IMG/VR virus record: IMGVR_UViG_3300007539_000013 | Coordinates: 15,742-79,741 of that record | Strand: one strand, 5' to 3' | DNA length: 64,000 nucleotides | From: a virus | In this document: one piece after another, positions 10,842-19,014 of the stretch | Layout of the letters: each line of letters opens with the position of its first letter | Numbering within the stretch: position 1 is the first letter of the stretch | The notes under the pieces: model-generated | What the model was told of the DNA's origin: nothing | What the model saw: the letters and a program-made list of their open reading frames with translations, nothing else | Database searches by the model: none | Position numbers and translations under genes: made by a program

Positions 10842-11699
10842 TCATGCTTGTGGGGCTGAAGATTTATAAGTGTGACCAGACGGCAGGTTGCCATCCAGCC
10901 CCCACTTGTGAGCAAGGTATCCCTCGATCTTTTGGGTTTCAGTTAAGTCGCTGAAGAAAACCATCTCGGCAATAAAACCTTCTACTCCTTGTTGCTCTAA
11001 ATAGTTTCCGCTAATATTAATGGATGAAAAAGCGACTGAGCCTATAGTTCCAAAAGCATCCGTTGTTCCATCAATGCGAATGGATGAACTTCCCGCATTG
11101 AATCTTGCGACCATCATTTGGGTTACGGGCTCTGTTCCTAGTGCTGAAGTTGTTGTGATACTTCCACCTGAATTAAGAATTTGCCAACGGCTGTCTGTTA
11201 GTCTTCTAATAGCAATACGAGTAGATGAGTCTGTCCCACTTAACAAAAAGTCCTGTTCACTTAATCCATCGTCATCTAGTCGGTAAATAGCAGCAAAACC
11301 AAGAGCATTGTTTGCTTGATCCCATGCGAAGGAATTGTTCTCAAGGACATTGTAATTTCCACCCGTAAACTCAAAAACATCTAGTCCATTCAGAGTTCTG
11401 GTTCCATAGCTTGGCCCTGTTGAGTTATTAGTAAGTGGTTCTAGTGTGTACCCGTTGCCACTCTTATCGGTTACCGCTGTAACCTCTGATCCGCTAGTGG
11501 TTACTGTGGATGAATCACTCGCATCCCACCAGCCCTCTATTGCTGTACTATTTGCAGGAGTCCACTCAGGACCAGGTGCTGGATTAGCCCACTTATCCTC
11601 CTTGTGGTACAAACTCATGCTCCTTAAATCATACATCCCTCTATTTTGTCCCTTAGTGGGTTCTTGGTGTGCACCAATTCTGGAACCGTTCCACCTCAT
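10842..11699 (-). CDS. LamG/concanavalin-A-like tail or receptor-binding protein
   Basis: GWWDASD...VTDKSGNG...IEGYLAHKWG pattern. Confidence 0.75.
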   Translation of the reverse strand: MRWNGSRIGAHQEPTKGQNRGMYDLRSMSLYHKEDKWANPAPGPEWTPANSTAIEGWWDASDSSTVTTSGSEVTAVTDKSGNGYTLEPLTNNSTGPSYGTRTLNGLDVFEFTGGNYNVLENNSFAWDQANNALGFAAIYRLDDDGLSEQDFLLSGTDSSTRIAIRRLTDSRWQILNSGGSITTTSALGTEPVTQMMVARFNAGSSSIRIDGTTDAFGTIGSVAFSSINISGNYLEQQGVEGFIAEMVFFSDLTETQKIEGYLAHKWGLDGNLPSGHTYKSSAPQA

Positions 11700-12073
11700 T
11701 AGGCTATTTCTTCGTATGTAATAACAGACTCTAGGTCGCCATCTGCTGATGCGGTAATACCTATACTTGAATCCTCTCGGAGATAAATCGGGGCATCCTT
11801 ATTTAAAACCAGTAGTGTAGTACCCGCAGGGACGGGCATATCTTTAGCCAAGTGAACCGCAGTCCCTCCCAAGCTTCCTTGGTTGTATAACTTGATTGTT
11901 ACATTTGCGGTATTTGTGCCATCTATATTGGATACATAAACCCCCGCAACACGCATAAGCTTTCCACTTGATGCTGCATTATTGATCAATGCCGTTTCTG
12001 TTGTGCCTACAGCAACACCCGTGTGGTATCCTGTTATGTTTTTTGTTGCGTCGTTTATGTTTGGTGTAGCCAT
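11699..12073 (-). CDS. Conserved phage virion beta-sandwich protein
   Basis: NIDGTNTANVTI...VPAGTTL...IYLRED...YEEI pattern. Confidence 0.65.
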   Translation of the reverse strand: MATPNINDATKNITGYHTGVAVGTTETALINNAASSGKLMRVAGVYVSNIDGTNTANVTIKLYNQGSLGGTAVHLAKDMPVPAGTTLLVLNKDAPIYLREDSSIGITASADGDLESVITYEEIA

Positions 12074-12075
12074 GA

Positions 12076-12618
12076 CTAATTAAGAATTAAATTTACTGCT
12101 AAAGATTGCATAGTAGACCCAACACCACCCGATGATAAATTGGAGGAGTAAACCATAATTATTGGGCGATATGTACCAATTAAATTGGTGTCCGAAACTT
12201 CTGTTCCGCCTGTATCATAAAAGTTTACCCTGAATCCATTGACGGTTTTATTTGTTACATCCATGCCACCAAAGTCAGTTAGCTCGTAATCCGTCATTAC
12301 GGCGTAATCTGTGTTGGGTTGAGCTGAGTCAAATGTGAAGTCTATATAACTACTTGTGCCAGACACATAGGTCATTGCACTAGCAGTCATGCCCGTGTAC
12401 TGCTTAGATGGTGTGGTTTGAGTTAATGCTGCAAATGCAAATGGCGAAGCCCCTCCTACGCTTGACTGATTTATATCAGCAAGTACAAGAATATCATTAC
12501 CTGACCTCCCATATATTTTTCGGTCAGCGTAGTTGATGGCGATCTCACCATCCGCAAGGTTGCTAGTACTAGGGACAACGCCCCCAGTACTAGACCTTTT
12601 TGGAAGTATCTTAGCCAA
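12076..12618 (-). CDS. Tail fibre subunit with hyaluronidase/Mtd-N-like N-terminus
   Basis: ILPKRSSTGGVVP...LADGEIAINYADRKIY. Confidence 0.7.
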   Translation of the reverse strand: MAKILPKRSSTGGVVPSTSNLADGEIAINYADRKIYGRSGNDILVLADINQSSVGGASPFAFAALTQTTPSKQYTGMTASAMTYVSGTSSYIDFTFDSAQPNTDYAVMTDYELTDFGGMDVTNKTVNGFRVNFYDTGGTEVSDTNLIGTYRPIIMVYSSNLSSGGVGSTMQSLAVNLILN

Positions 12619-12620
12619 TT

Positions 12621-13184
12621 TTAGGAATAAGTTCCACCGTCGACCACTTGATTAGCTTGATCAAGAGTGGCGGTTGATGAAAATCCAATAACGAAACCAG
12701 CGTCAGTTGATCCGGTAACTGAAATATCAGCACCTGAATCTGCGGCACTAACTCCACTATTGGTGTTATCAATGGTGTCCCAGGATGTGCCATTGTAGAC
12801 AACTGCATCACCAACATTTACAAAAAATGAATCAGTGGCATCAGTACCACCATCGGGCATTACAAAACCTGCTGTGGAGATTCTGTAATAATCCCCTGTA
12901 CTTGGGCTTGCAGGTAGTTCTGTGGAACTAGAAGCAGCGTCAGTGGATGCTTGCCCGTTACCTGCCTGAGCGCCTTTGTACTCAAATGCGGATGACAAGC
13001 CACCAATAGCCGTGGAAATCGCAGTGTTTACTTGCGTTTCGTCAATGAACTTGAATGTGCCATTTCCTGCGGTGTTACCCAAGAATAGGTTTCCGTCTGC
13101 GGTGTTACATGAGATTTGACCAGTTGCTTGCGGAGGAGTTCCATCACCCGTGCTGGTCTTGCGAGTTAGTTTAATAATAGCCAT
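12621..13184 (-). CDS. Tail fibre subunit
   Basis: IKLTRK...GQISCNTADGNLFLG; GDYYRIS...GDAVVYNGTSWD; ends DGGTYS. Confidence 0.7.
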   Translation of the reverse strand: MAIIKLTRKTSTGDGTPPQATGQISCNTADGNLFLGNTAGNGTFKFIDETQVNTAISTAIGGLSSAFEYKGAQAGNGQASTDAASSSTELPASPSTGDYYRISTAGFVMPDGGTDATDSFFVNVGDAVVYNGTSWDTIDNTNSGVSAADSGADISVTGSTDAGFVIGFSSTATLDQANQVVDGGTYS

Positions 13185-13211
13185 GATTTATGATTAGTTG
13201 ATTGTTTTGAT

Positions 13212-13412
13212 TTAGGAGTATGTCCCTCCGTCTATTTCGGTTTCAAGAGCCTCTACCCGAACCTCTACATTTTCAAGGGACACAGTCGTTGCTCTTAAAT
13301 TTATTAAATCCAGAAGCTCTTGATTGGTTTCTGTCGAGCTATCCAGAATGGTTGAAATTTCTGATTTTATAAAGCTTCCAACTTTAAATAGATCTGTATC
13401 TTCTGTTGCCAT
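13212..13412 (-). CDS. Small tail-associated protein
   Basis: Probable ATG at 13412 (TAATG overlap); LFKVGSFIK motif, coiled coil, ends DGGTYS. Confidence 0.6.
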   Translation of the reverse strand: MATEDTDLFKVGSFIKSEISTILDSSTETNQELLDLINLRATTVSLENVEVRVEALETEIDGGTYS

Positions 13413-16400
13413 TATGGAGCTTCCGTTGGAGTTCCAGTGGTCGCAAATTCCCACTGTGTCCCTCTGTTAGACAAGTTAAACCACGACCAGACCCCACTTG
13501 ATATATTAGTCGAGTGGGTTGTGTAAGGATAATCCCTTGGATTATCAGGGTCTTCTGCCCTAATTAGCGTTTGATCCTGACTTATTCCCGTCGTGCGGAA
13601 TACTGTTCCTGCAGGATGTTCAATTGCTGTTCCCGTTCTCGTATTAGTATAGGGCACTAAAAAATAAATGTGATGCGCTCCGACCTCATCAACAAAATTA
13701 TTTAAATCAAAGTATGGGTCGGGTACATACGGAACTTCAGGTTGTACATCCGTACCATCCGTACCATCCGTACCATCCGTACCACCTCCATCCGGAATTG
13801 TATTACCATATCCATTTAGGAAATCTTGGTAACTTCCAGTTACACTATTAAGCCCAACAGAAAGATTTTCTGCTGTCTTAATAGCACGGCCGATTTTAAA
13901 AAGAATTGAATTCGTATCAGTTCCTGCGGGTGGTGCCGTATATGTGGTTAAAACTACTTTTGCAGGCTCAGTCCCGCCAGGTATGTCAACAACATCTCCA
14001 TCCTGATAACCAGTACCATCATCTGTAATAGTTGGGTCTTTTACCCCTCCGTCATCATTCACATCGTAGCTAACTTTAAGGCCTGTTCCTGAGCCGCCTG
14101 TTGTTGGAACATCTGTACCCGGAGAAGTATAGCCAGAGCCCGTGTCTATGACTGTTGGTGTGGTAAATGTACAAAAATTCAGTAAACTCGTTGGCGGAGT
14201 GAAGTTGCCTGTGTAGACCGCTTTTTTACTGATGCGGATGTCTTGTATGGCTCCACTGGAATAATTAGGAGTCACCCGATAACCGATTGTGTGGTCCTGA
14301 ATTTTGTTGAAATTCCATGTGTTGAGCGCGTCACTGGTTGCTACTTGCTGACCGTCGTACCAGATGCTACAACCAGTTGATGTTCTGGTGAATGCCACAT
14401 GATGGAACTGCCCATCAAATTTAAATACTCCTAAACCGGTCTCCACCCGATTAGCAGTGTTATTACCATGCATGCTGAAGCCGATCACTCCAAGTGTATT
14501 AGCACCGAAGAACCAATCATCTAGCTGAGCAACATTACCATGAGGCAGATTTTGCAGTATGGTGAAATAATCTGATCCATCGCTTTTAATCCAAGCTTCT
14601 ATGGTGAAGTCACTGGTACCAAACGCCAGTGTGTCGCTACTTGATACTGTCAAATAATCTCCGTTACCATCAAAATTGATTGTTCCACCACCAAACAGTG
14701 TGGCAGTGTTGTCCACAACTGTATCACCAACTACAGTGATCTCATGATTGTTACCGCTTTTATCAGTGATCGTATCTCCAGAAGAAGGTTGAATATGTAA
14801 AACTACTTCTTCGCAAGTTGGCTCACTTGGAGGTGTCACAGCAACACTTAATGTGGTGGGTGGGGTAAAGTCTCCGGGGTAAACAGCCGTTTTGCTGATG
14901 CGAACATCTTGAATGTATCCATCATACTGAAGGGTGCCATTGGGCCATGAATGTCTTCCTACACGGAGTGCGTGGTATGAATTTGCAGTAGAATGAGAGC
15001 CCCCAACAGATTCTCCCACTAATACACCATTAACAAATAATTTGTACGTATTGAAATTGCGGCATACTGCAATATGATACCATGTGTTGAAATTTACTGT
15101 TCCTCCAGTAATGTTGACAACTGGACTCCCTTGGGCCCCGCTTGTTATCCTAAAAGTGAAGCCATCAGTACCTGCCCATAAACCAATTCCCAACGAAGTC
15201 GTGCTTCCACCTGTCGCTATAATGCTCGACCTTAAATCACTCCCCCCCCAATTACTTGAGTCCCCCCAGTCTGATAGATTTGCCCAGCACTCTACTGTGT
15301 AATCAGTGGTGCCATCATGCAGGAATTTGAATGTACTTTCATCTCCTATCTGTAAATAATCACCTGTGCCATCAAAAGCCATACTCGTAGAACCCAAGTA
15401 AGCTTCGGTAGTACTATGCTGTGTGTCCCCGAGAACTGATACTGAACGACTATTGTAACTTAAGTCAGTAAATGTAGTATTACCGTCAGTGGTGTTACTT
15501 TGAATAAGCAGTTCTATATCTTCACGACTTGGTTGTACGGGCTCACAACTCAATGAGTAAACATAAACTGAACCTGAGTCGGTGCCAGCGTCATCACCAA
15601 ATAATGAACCAACTGCTAGGTGGTCACCATCAAGACTCACACCGACACCGAAATAGTCATTAGTCACAGTGTCTGTGGCGCGAAACTTGTGTGTTTGTGT
15701 CCAGGTGCCATTCAGTAGTTCGAATATGTACACCGAACCACTATTAGCATCAGTGTCATCGTCAGCATGTGCACCAACTGCTAGTCGTGTACCAAGCAGA
15801 CTCACATCAATACCGAAATAGTCACCGGCCGCAGTGTCATTGCCCTGAAACTTATGGATTTGTACCCACGAGTTATTCTGCAACTCAAAGATGTACGCCG
15901 ACCCACTTTCGGAACTAGTTTCATGGTCAGGATGCGCACCAACTGCTAGTCGGTCACCATTCAGACTCACAGACCTACCAAAACGGTCACCAGCCACAGT
16001 GTCATTGCCCTGAAACTTGTGTGTCTGCGTCCACGTACCATTCAGCAGTTCGAATATGTAAACTGATCCACTATTAGTACCAGCGTCGTCGTCATCATGT
16101 GCACCAACCGCTAGTCGTGCACCTTCCAAGCTAACGCCGATACCAAAATAGTCATTAGCCGCAGTGTCTGTGGCACGAAACTTATGGGTTTGTACCCACA
16201 AATTATTCTGTAACTCAAAGATGTAAACTGACCCACTGTCGGTGCCAGCGTCGTCGTCAGCATGCGCACCAACTGCTAGTTGGTTGCCATCCAAACTAAC
16301 ACTGCGACCAAAACGATCATTAGCTACAGTGTCGTTACCCTGAAACTTATGGGTCTGTGTCCATGCACCATTTTGTAACTCGTAGATATATACACTGCCA

Positions 16401-18082
16401 CTGTCGGTGCCAGCGTCATCATCATAATGCGCACCAACTGCTAGTCGTGTGCCATCAATGCTGGCACTGATACCAAAACGATCACCATTAGAGCCATCTG
16501 ATGCTACAATTTTTTGTAATAACTGTGGGCAGATTTCGGTGGGTTGCTGTACAGTAACTTCAGATATTGTGGCGGTTACCGTACTAGATGCAGATCCATC
16601 ACCAATAACCGGGTAATATGTACCACTAGCTACTCCTGTTATTTGATAAGAAGTCCCACCATTAACTGAGTAATCAAGCGTGCCATTATCTGCGTCAAAT
16701 GTAAAAGTAACGGTATCTCCACTGCGTACTTGAGTAAGGGAGTTTTGGCTGGAAGAAGATTGGACATACTCTGTAACATAACTTAAGCCGCCTTGTGCAT
16801 ATATCCCGTAGGAATTACTAGATGCGCCAATGAATGTATTAGTGGCGGCTGGGTTCTGCTCACTTGTAATACCTAAAAATATACCCGAACCAATCGTATC
16901 TACTGTAAAATCAAATGAATATGTTCCACTTGAAATAGTTTTTGTACTAACTGCTCTGCGGAAAGTCGACGTACCAGTCTGAGCGGTTAAGTTATTATTA
17001 CTTAGCGTGACACCATTGTTGTATGACGTGGAGAATGCAATCTCGCCTGAGTTGTCAGTCGAAATACTAATATCCTCACCTTCAGATATTGTGGCAATTA
17101 CTGTTTTATCAGCGGCTCCACTACCAATGACTGGGTAATATGTACCAGCAGGAACTGCTTCACCCTGCATTTCAAATGCAGCGCCGCCATTTAATGAGTA
17201 ATGAATTTTTCCATTATCCGCATCAAAGGTAAAAGCAATAGTATCTCCTTCAACTACATTTACGTTGAAGTTTGCAGGTATATCCCCTAATGATCCAGTC
17301 CCTGGATTATACTCCTGAACATAACCATAGTTTGGTCGGGCATATATTCCGTGTGAGTTACTAGATGAACCAATAAATACATTGGAGCTATCTGGATTCT
17401 CCTCACTTGTGATGCCTAGAAATATACCAGCAGCAATTTTATCTATCGTGAACTCAAGGGAGAGTTTTCCACTTGAAGCAGATATTGAACTAACTGCTCT
17501 GCGGAAAGTCGTAGTACTTGTCTCAGCAGTTGTATTATTATTACTTAGTGTAACACCAGAGTTGTATGTTGTGGAGAATTGAGGGCCTACTGCAATAACA
17601 TCTACAGTACGAGTAACCTCAGTAGCCACATTTCCAGCGGCATCTGTGTAATTGTAAGCAATAGTATATGTACCAACCGTAGAAGTATCTACTGATCCTG
17701 TTACTACTGCGTCACCCGAACCATCTACATTGTCTGTCCATGTAGCACCTTGCTCGGTGTAAGTATCTCCTTGCGTTAGAGTTATACTAGCATCACCTGT
17801 TAGAGTGATTACTGGTTTTTCTGTATCTGATACATAAAGCTCATAATATGTGCCTAGGTCTGCTGGGTCTAAATACCTAGTTTGACCATTATAGGTAACC
17901 TCGTAATTGTATGAAGTGTAAAAGTAATTAATTCGTACAAGCTCTGCGGTTTCTCCCTCAGGAAAAAATATTGGGTAACTGTAGCTCCAACCACCACCAC
18001 CACTAGTCGCTACTGCACCATAAATCTTTGCGTAGTCGTATAGGGAAACAAATGTGTCACCAGGATTAAAAGATGTACTCAT
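13412..18082 (-). CDS. Giant multidomain adhesin/tail protein (DUF5011 Ig-like, 2x SPRY-like, FG-GAP repeats, 2x LamG)
   Basis: KPVITLTGD...GATWTDNVDG; two TLSNNN...FTFDADNG...YYPVIG units; six FGxSVSLDGxRLAVGA...SGSVYIFE repeats; two FDGxGDYL...TVECW...WYHIAV...IQDVRISK units. Confidence 0.85.
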   Translation of the reverse strand: MSTSFNPGDTFVSLYDYAKIYGAVATSGGGGWSYSYPIFFPEGETAELVRINYFYTSYNYEVTYNGQTRYLDPADLGTYYELYVSDTEKPVITLTGDASITLTQGDTYTEQGATWTDNVDGSGDAVVTGSVDTSTVGTYTIAYNYTDAAGNVATEVTRTVDVIAVGPQFSTTYNSGVTLSNNNTTAETSTTTFRRAVSSISASSGKLSLEFTIDKIAAGIFLGITSEENPDSSNVFIGSSSNSHGIYARPNYGYVQEYNPGTGSLGDIPANFNVNVVEGDTIAFTFDADNGKIHYSLNGGAAFEMQGEAVPAGTYYPVIGSGAADKTVIATISEGEDISISTDNSGEIAFSTSYNNGVTLSNNNLTAQTGTSTFRRAVSTKTISSGTYSFDFTVDTIGSGIFLGITSEQNPAATNTFIGASSNSYGIYAQGGLSYVTEYVQSSSSQNSLTQVRSGDTVTFTFDADNGTLDYSVNGGTSYQITGVASGTYYPVIGDGSASSTVTATISEVTVQQPTEICPQLLQKIVASDGSNGDRFGISASIDGTRLAVGAHYDDDAGTDSGSVYIYELQNGAWTQTHKFQGNDTVANDRFGRSVSLDGNQLAVGAHADDDAGTDSGSVYIFELQNNLWVQTHKFRATDTAANDYFGIGVSLEGARLAVGAHDDDDAGTNSGSVYIFELLNGTWTQTHKFQGNDTVAGDRFGRSVSLNGDRLAVGAHPDHETSSESGSAYIFELQNNSWVQIHKFQGNDTAAGDYFGIDVSLLGTRLAVGAHADDDTDANSGSVYIFELLNGTWTQTHKFRATDTVTNDYFGVGVSLDGDHLAVGSLFGDDAGTDSGSVYVYSLSCEPVQPSREDIELLIQSNTTDGNTTFTDLSYNSRSVSVLGDTQHSTTEAYLGSTSMAFDGTGDYLQIGDESTFKFLHDGTTDYTVECWANLSDWGDSSNWGGSDLRSSIIATGGSTTSLGIGLWAGTDGFTFRITSGAQGSPVVNITGGTVNFNTWYHIAVCRNFNTYKLFVNGVLVGESVGGSHSTANSYHALRVGRHSWPNGTLQYDGYIQDVRISKTAVYPGDFTPPTTLSVAVTPPSEPTCEEVVLHIQPSSGDTITDKSGNNHEITVVGDTVVDNTATLFGGGTINFDGNGDYLTVSSSDTLAFGTSDFTIEAWIKSDGSDYFTILQNLPHGNVAQLDDWFFGANTLGVIGFSMHGNNTANRVETGLGVFKFDGQFHHVAFTRTSTGCSIWYDGQQVATSDALNTWNFNKIQDHTIGYRVTPNYSSGAIQDIRISKKAVYTGNFTPPTSLLNFCTFTTPTVIDTGSGYTSPGTDVPTTGGSGTGLKVSYDVNDDGGVKDPTITDDGTGYQDGDVVDIPGGTEPAKVVLTTYTAPPAGTDTNSILFKIGRAIKTAENLSVGLNSVTGSYQDFLNGYGNTIPDGGGTDGTDGTDGTDVQPEVPYVPDPYFDLNNFVDEVGAHHIYFLVPYTNTRTGTAIEHPAGTVFRTTGISQDQTLIRAEDPDNPRDYPYTTHSTNISSGVWSWFNLSNRGTQWEFATTGTPTEAP
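13747..13782. repeat. Perfect 9-bp tandem repeat x4 (CATCCGTAC), encodes (GTD)4
   Basis: Directly visible and in frame. Confidence 0.95.
15555..16520. repeat. Six ~165-bp FG-GAP coding repeats
   Basis: 55-aa period; recurring GCACCAACTGCTAGT and GAAACTT blocks. Confidence 0.9.
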
Positions 18083-18651
18083 GATGCGAAATTCGCAGTT
18101 AGGTTTCTAGCTTCCGACATCGTAATCGTTGTGGTTGCTGTGTTTGATTCACCTGCAAGTAATCCAGTCCACCCGGAGAATGTATATGGGCTGGATGCAA
18201 CAGCAGATATTTCAACCTGCTCGCCATCTGGATATGAATTGTAATTTCTGTCCGATCCTGTGATTGAGGCTGACCCACCTGTATTTGCTGTTACAGTAAG
18301 CTCAAATAGCTGATTAAATACGTCCCCATTTATCCCTGCTTGAAAGTATGCGAGGGCATTATCCTCAAGCAAATCATGATGATACATAAGGTAATCTATT
18401 GCATCACCTGCTGTTTCTATAAAACTAGGGAATAGGTTAGATCCATCATTTGACCATTCGGTACCACCCAATCCCTCGAGATAAGAAAGTTCAGACCACT
18501 TACTTGTGCCGTCTCCTAGTTTTAATTTGTTAAGATTTGTATTATAAGCGGGCTCCCCGGCCATCAAAACAGGATCATACTGCTCCCACTCCTGTGTACT
18601 CCCCTTTCGAAATGTTATTCGAGCGGTTACAAATCTATTCGGCTGAGGCAT
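18079..18651 (-). CDS. Tail protein: Mtd-N/hyaluronidase-like N-terminus plus InlB B-repeat-like C-terminus
   Basis: VLMAGEPAYNTNLNKLKLGDGTSKWSEL; YTFSGWTG...RNLTANF. Confidence 0.75.
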   Translation of the reverse strand: MPQPNRFVTARITFRKGSTQEWEQYDPVLMAGEPAYNTNLNKLKLGDGTSKWSELSYLEGLGGTEWSNDGSNLFPSFIETAGDAIDYLMYHHDLLEDNALAYFQAGINGDVFNQLFELTVTANTGGSASITGSDRNYNSYPDGEQVEISAVASSPYTFSGWTGLLAGESNTATTTITMSEARNLTANFAS

Positions 18652-18674
18652 GTTACAATATTATTCGTGTTACA
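18651..18674 (-). promoter_or_regulatory. 24-bp bipartite motif copy overlapping the start codon
   Basis: TGTAACACGAATAATATTGTAACA (minus); its last A is the A of ATG. Confidence 0.75.
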
Positions 18675-19014
18675 CTGAATATAAATTATCTCGCACAGAC
18701 TGCAAGATTTGATTCGTTACTTCTAGTGTCTGATTTGTCTCCAATATTGTATTAGTGACACTAGAGTCCAGGTTTGAAATGGCTAAATTTGTTGAGTCAC
18801 CCTGAGTTCTTAATCCATCAGCAAGGTCTTTCTGAAAGAATATTGTTAATTGATCCTGAACTCGATCGAGATTTATTCTTAAGTCTTCATACCAATCATT
18901 AAATCTTTTATCGAATTTCTTCTCATCTTCACCTTTTTTGGGTAAGGCATCATTATCAGGAAACGAAGGCTCCGTGTTGCGCTGAAATGTATTAACTGGC
19001 AGTATATCCGTCAT
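18670..19014 (-). CDS. Hypothetical virion protein
   Basis: 114 aa, coupled to the nozzle gene. Confidence 0.6.
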   Translation of the reverse strand: MTDILPVNTFQRNTEPSFPDNDALPKKGEDEKKFDKRFNDWYEDLRINLDRVQDQLTIFFQKDLADGLRTQGDSTNLAISNLDSSVTNTILETNQTLEVTNQILQSVRDNLYSV

